A DNA stretch of 64,000 nt from Flectonema sp. DT1601 (taxonomy: Eukaryota), in assembly GCA_964019425.1 (NCBI GenBank), contig OZ025782.1, positions 1,302,001 through 1,366,000 of the forward strand. The letters run 5' to 3'. Both the position numbers and the translations under genes were made by a program. This document shows, in pieces, positions 58,901 through 61,900 of this stretch (within the stretch, counting starts at the first letter, position 1; every line of letters starts with the position of its first letter). The notes under the pieces were generated by a model. That model did not search any database. It saw nothing but the letters and a program-made list of their open reading frames with translations, and was not told the DNA's origin.

Positions 58901-61900
58901 CTGGGTGTCCAGAGAACTGTACAAGCGCCACTCGGAGCTTCTCTGTTCCTGCAGCCGAGTTTATTCCGACAACCGCCTTTTCCCCGCTGAGCGGTAGGGT
59001 CTTCACCCAATCGCGCACCATCTCCATCAGCGCGTAGAACCCGTGTGGATGGCGTCCAAAGTTGCGTGACATCGAACCAGATCCATCAAGGATCATTACC
59101 ACGTCGAGTGTCGGGCACTCCCCGTAAGTGACCTTCCTGCAAGATCCTTGTGGCGCTTGTTCCACCTTCCAGTAGCACTTCTCGTCATCAACGCAATCGC
59201 ACTTATCGAGTTTGTTGCAGTCTTTGTCGATACATTTTGATCTGTCCTTGTCCCATGCACAGTCACTATCAGCCTCGCACGTTGCTACATCCTGGAGCTT
59301 CGCGCACGGCTTTTCGACGCACATCGCTGGCGAGATCGACGGGTTCCAGTGGCAATCCTCAATCTTGTCGCACTGGATCTCTGTCATGTACTCTGTGCAC
59401 TTCTTCTGTACGCACTCTGTCGTGTTGTCCTTCCACTCACAGTATGGGTCCGCCACGCAAGGATCCTTCCTGCCTGCCTTACACTTCTCCTCCACGCACG
59501 TTCCGGCAGTGATCTCAACGTGTCCGCTTGCATCTTCCGGATTAACACACAACTGTCCGACTCCTCCCCACTCGCAGATGTACCCGTCGATGCGTTGGTG
59601 GTCTCCCGGGAAGTCGTTCCACTCGCCTGAAGGCCAGCGGAAGTGCGCGTAGTTCTCTCCACTAGCTGCGCAGGATCCAGGGCAAGCTCCTCTGTAGTTG
59701 TTCGGTTCTCCGGCCTCCCAGTTCGTGTACATTGGTTTCCCAGTCTTCGAATTGGTTGCTACGGCGAAGCTTCCCCCAGTTCCGCTTCCGATCAACAGAC
59801 CCACTTGGCTCGACAGGTCGCACCCGCTCTTTTGTGCGGCATAGGTGCATCCGCTCTCTAGACCTTCCGGTCCCACTACCCATCCCCATTGTCCCTCGTC
59901 TTTCAAATCTGCAGCTCCCATCCAACCCTGGCCTTCGAGCTTCAATTTAGCTACTCGATCCTCCTCATCAGAGGTGATTGTAATTAGATAACCAGTGAGT
60001 CCAAGGATCATGTTGTCGGCAGATTCGCATTCTGCCTGTGCCTGGCCCCAGTGGCACTCGGTCGCCGTCGGGTCGACATTCAAGCACTCGCTCTTCGAGA
60101 AGTAATGGTAGTAATGCCCAGTCACCGTTGATAGGAATCCGTGTCCATAGTTCCAGGTGATAGTTCTCGGAGAACCGGCATCCGAAGTGGTCGTGAAGGT
60201 CACCGTTGCAAGCGCTGCTGCATACTCAGTCAACGTCTTTGGGGTTTTCGATTTCAAGTACAACACTCCAGGAATATCGTGCCATTCAGCCTCAAAACCA
60301 AGGGCTGCGCACTGGTCACAGGCTAGCACGTCCTTGCCCTTCACGTATCCTTCCTCAACGTCAACCGCCGCTCCCTTAACAGTGTCCGAGCAGCTGCATG
60401 TTCCGGAAACAGTGCAGGTCAGGGTCGGGAAAGGAACCATCGGTTGTCCACGAGCGTATGCGGAAACAGTCGAGTTCAAAGGAATCGTTGTTTGCCACAC
60501 GCATCCATCTTGGGAGGCAACGCATTTTCCTTCGTCGGTCTCTTTACAAGGTGGCTCAGTACATTTCTGATTCAAATTGTTCCACACGCAGTCATCTGGG
60601 TCAGCAAGGCATCCTTGTTCGTTGTCTCGGTTGCATTTCTTGTCGATGCATGTCGACCCGTTCTTGTCAACCTGACAGTCTTTTTGAGCTTCACATTCTG
60701 TCGGCTTTCCAGTGTAGATATCACACCCTGTCTTAGGCTCGCGCAAGCAAATAGTTCCGTTCGTCCACGCGCATCCGTTCGCGGCGTCGGCAGTGCAGTT
60801 TTGCTCTTCGCAGTGGTGCAGGCACGGACTGTCACCACATGAAAGAGAGTTGTCGAACCATACACACCCAGGGTCTGCTAGGCAGCCTACCTGTTGCAGG
60901 TGCTGCGGGCAAGGTTGGTGCACACCTCCGCTTGCTGGGTTCGCTGCACCGGCTCCCTGCTGCGCAGCCTGTCCAAGAACTAGTGATCCAAACACTCCAT
61001 TCGGATCGCATATGTCACCAAGCACCTTGTCCGGAATTTCATCAATCTGCAGATTCTGGAAATGAGCGTCGTGTGGGTTTGACGTGATAGGTTTTAGCGT
61101 GTTTTCAGCGTCAAGGTCAGCCTTCGTGTGCTGCGTATTCTTTCGGACTACTACACCAAACACCTGCACCTTCTCGGTGTCCAGCTCTGACCGCGCAGCC
61201 TGCAGCTGTTCCGGGTCGTAGATTCTTCCGTCGGTAATGATGATCAGCACTCTTTGTCTTCCATCGTTCGGTGACTGATGGAAGACGTCAGCCGCCATCT
61301 GGAGACCCTTCTGGATCATTGTACCTCTCGAGTAGAAGTTTGCCTCGTGCCAGTCAACATCCGTACTTAACTCATCAAAGTCTCCCGAGAGACTTCCACC
61401 AGTTCCGGTTCCTGCTGGTGTTCCCTTAGCGTCTGCCCTTCCGGCCGAAGCTCCGCGTTTGTTCTTTCCCGAAAATTGGATCAACCCCACACGCACTTCA
61501 CCCGTGTTAGGTGCTGAGTTCAGCCCCACATTTGCCTTCTCACCGTTCAGTGGTAACGTCTTGATCCAATCGCGCAGCATCTCCATCAGTCCGTAGAACC
61601 CGTGAGGGTGTCGACCGAAGGTAGCGGACATCGATCCTGATCCATCAAGAAGAAGAACCAGATCCAGTGTAGGGCATTGACCAAACTTGGTTTCGGTACA
61701 GAATTGTTTCGGGGCAAGAGAGTTCCAGAAACACTTCGTTTCTGCCAGACAATCGCATCGGTCAAGGTTCTTGCATTCTTTGTCAACACACTCGGTCGAG
61801 CTATCGTTGAAAGTGCATAGTGGGTCCGTGTCACAAGCTGGTTTGTTCTGGTTCATCCTTGCACAGTGCTTGATACTGCACTGTGACGGGGTAAGTGACA

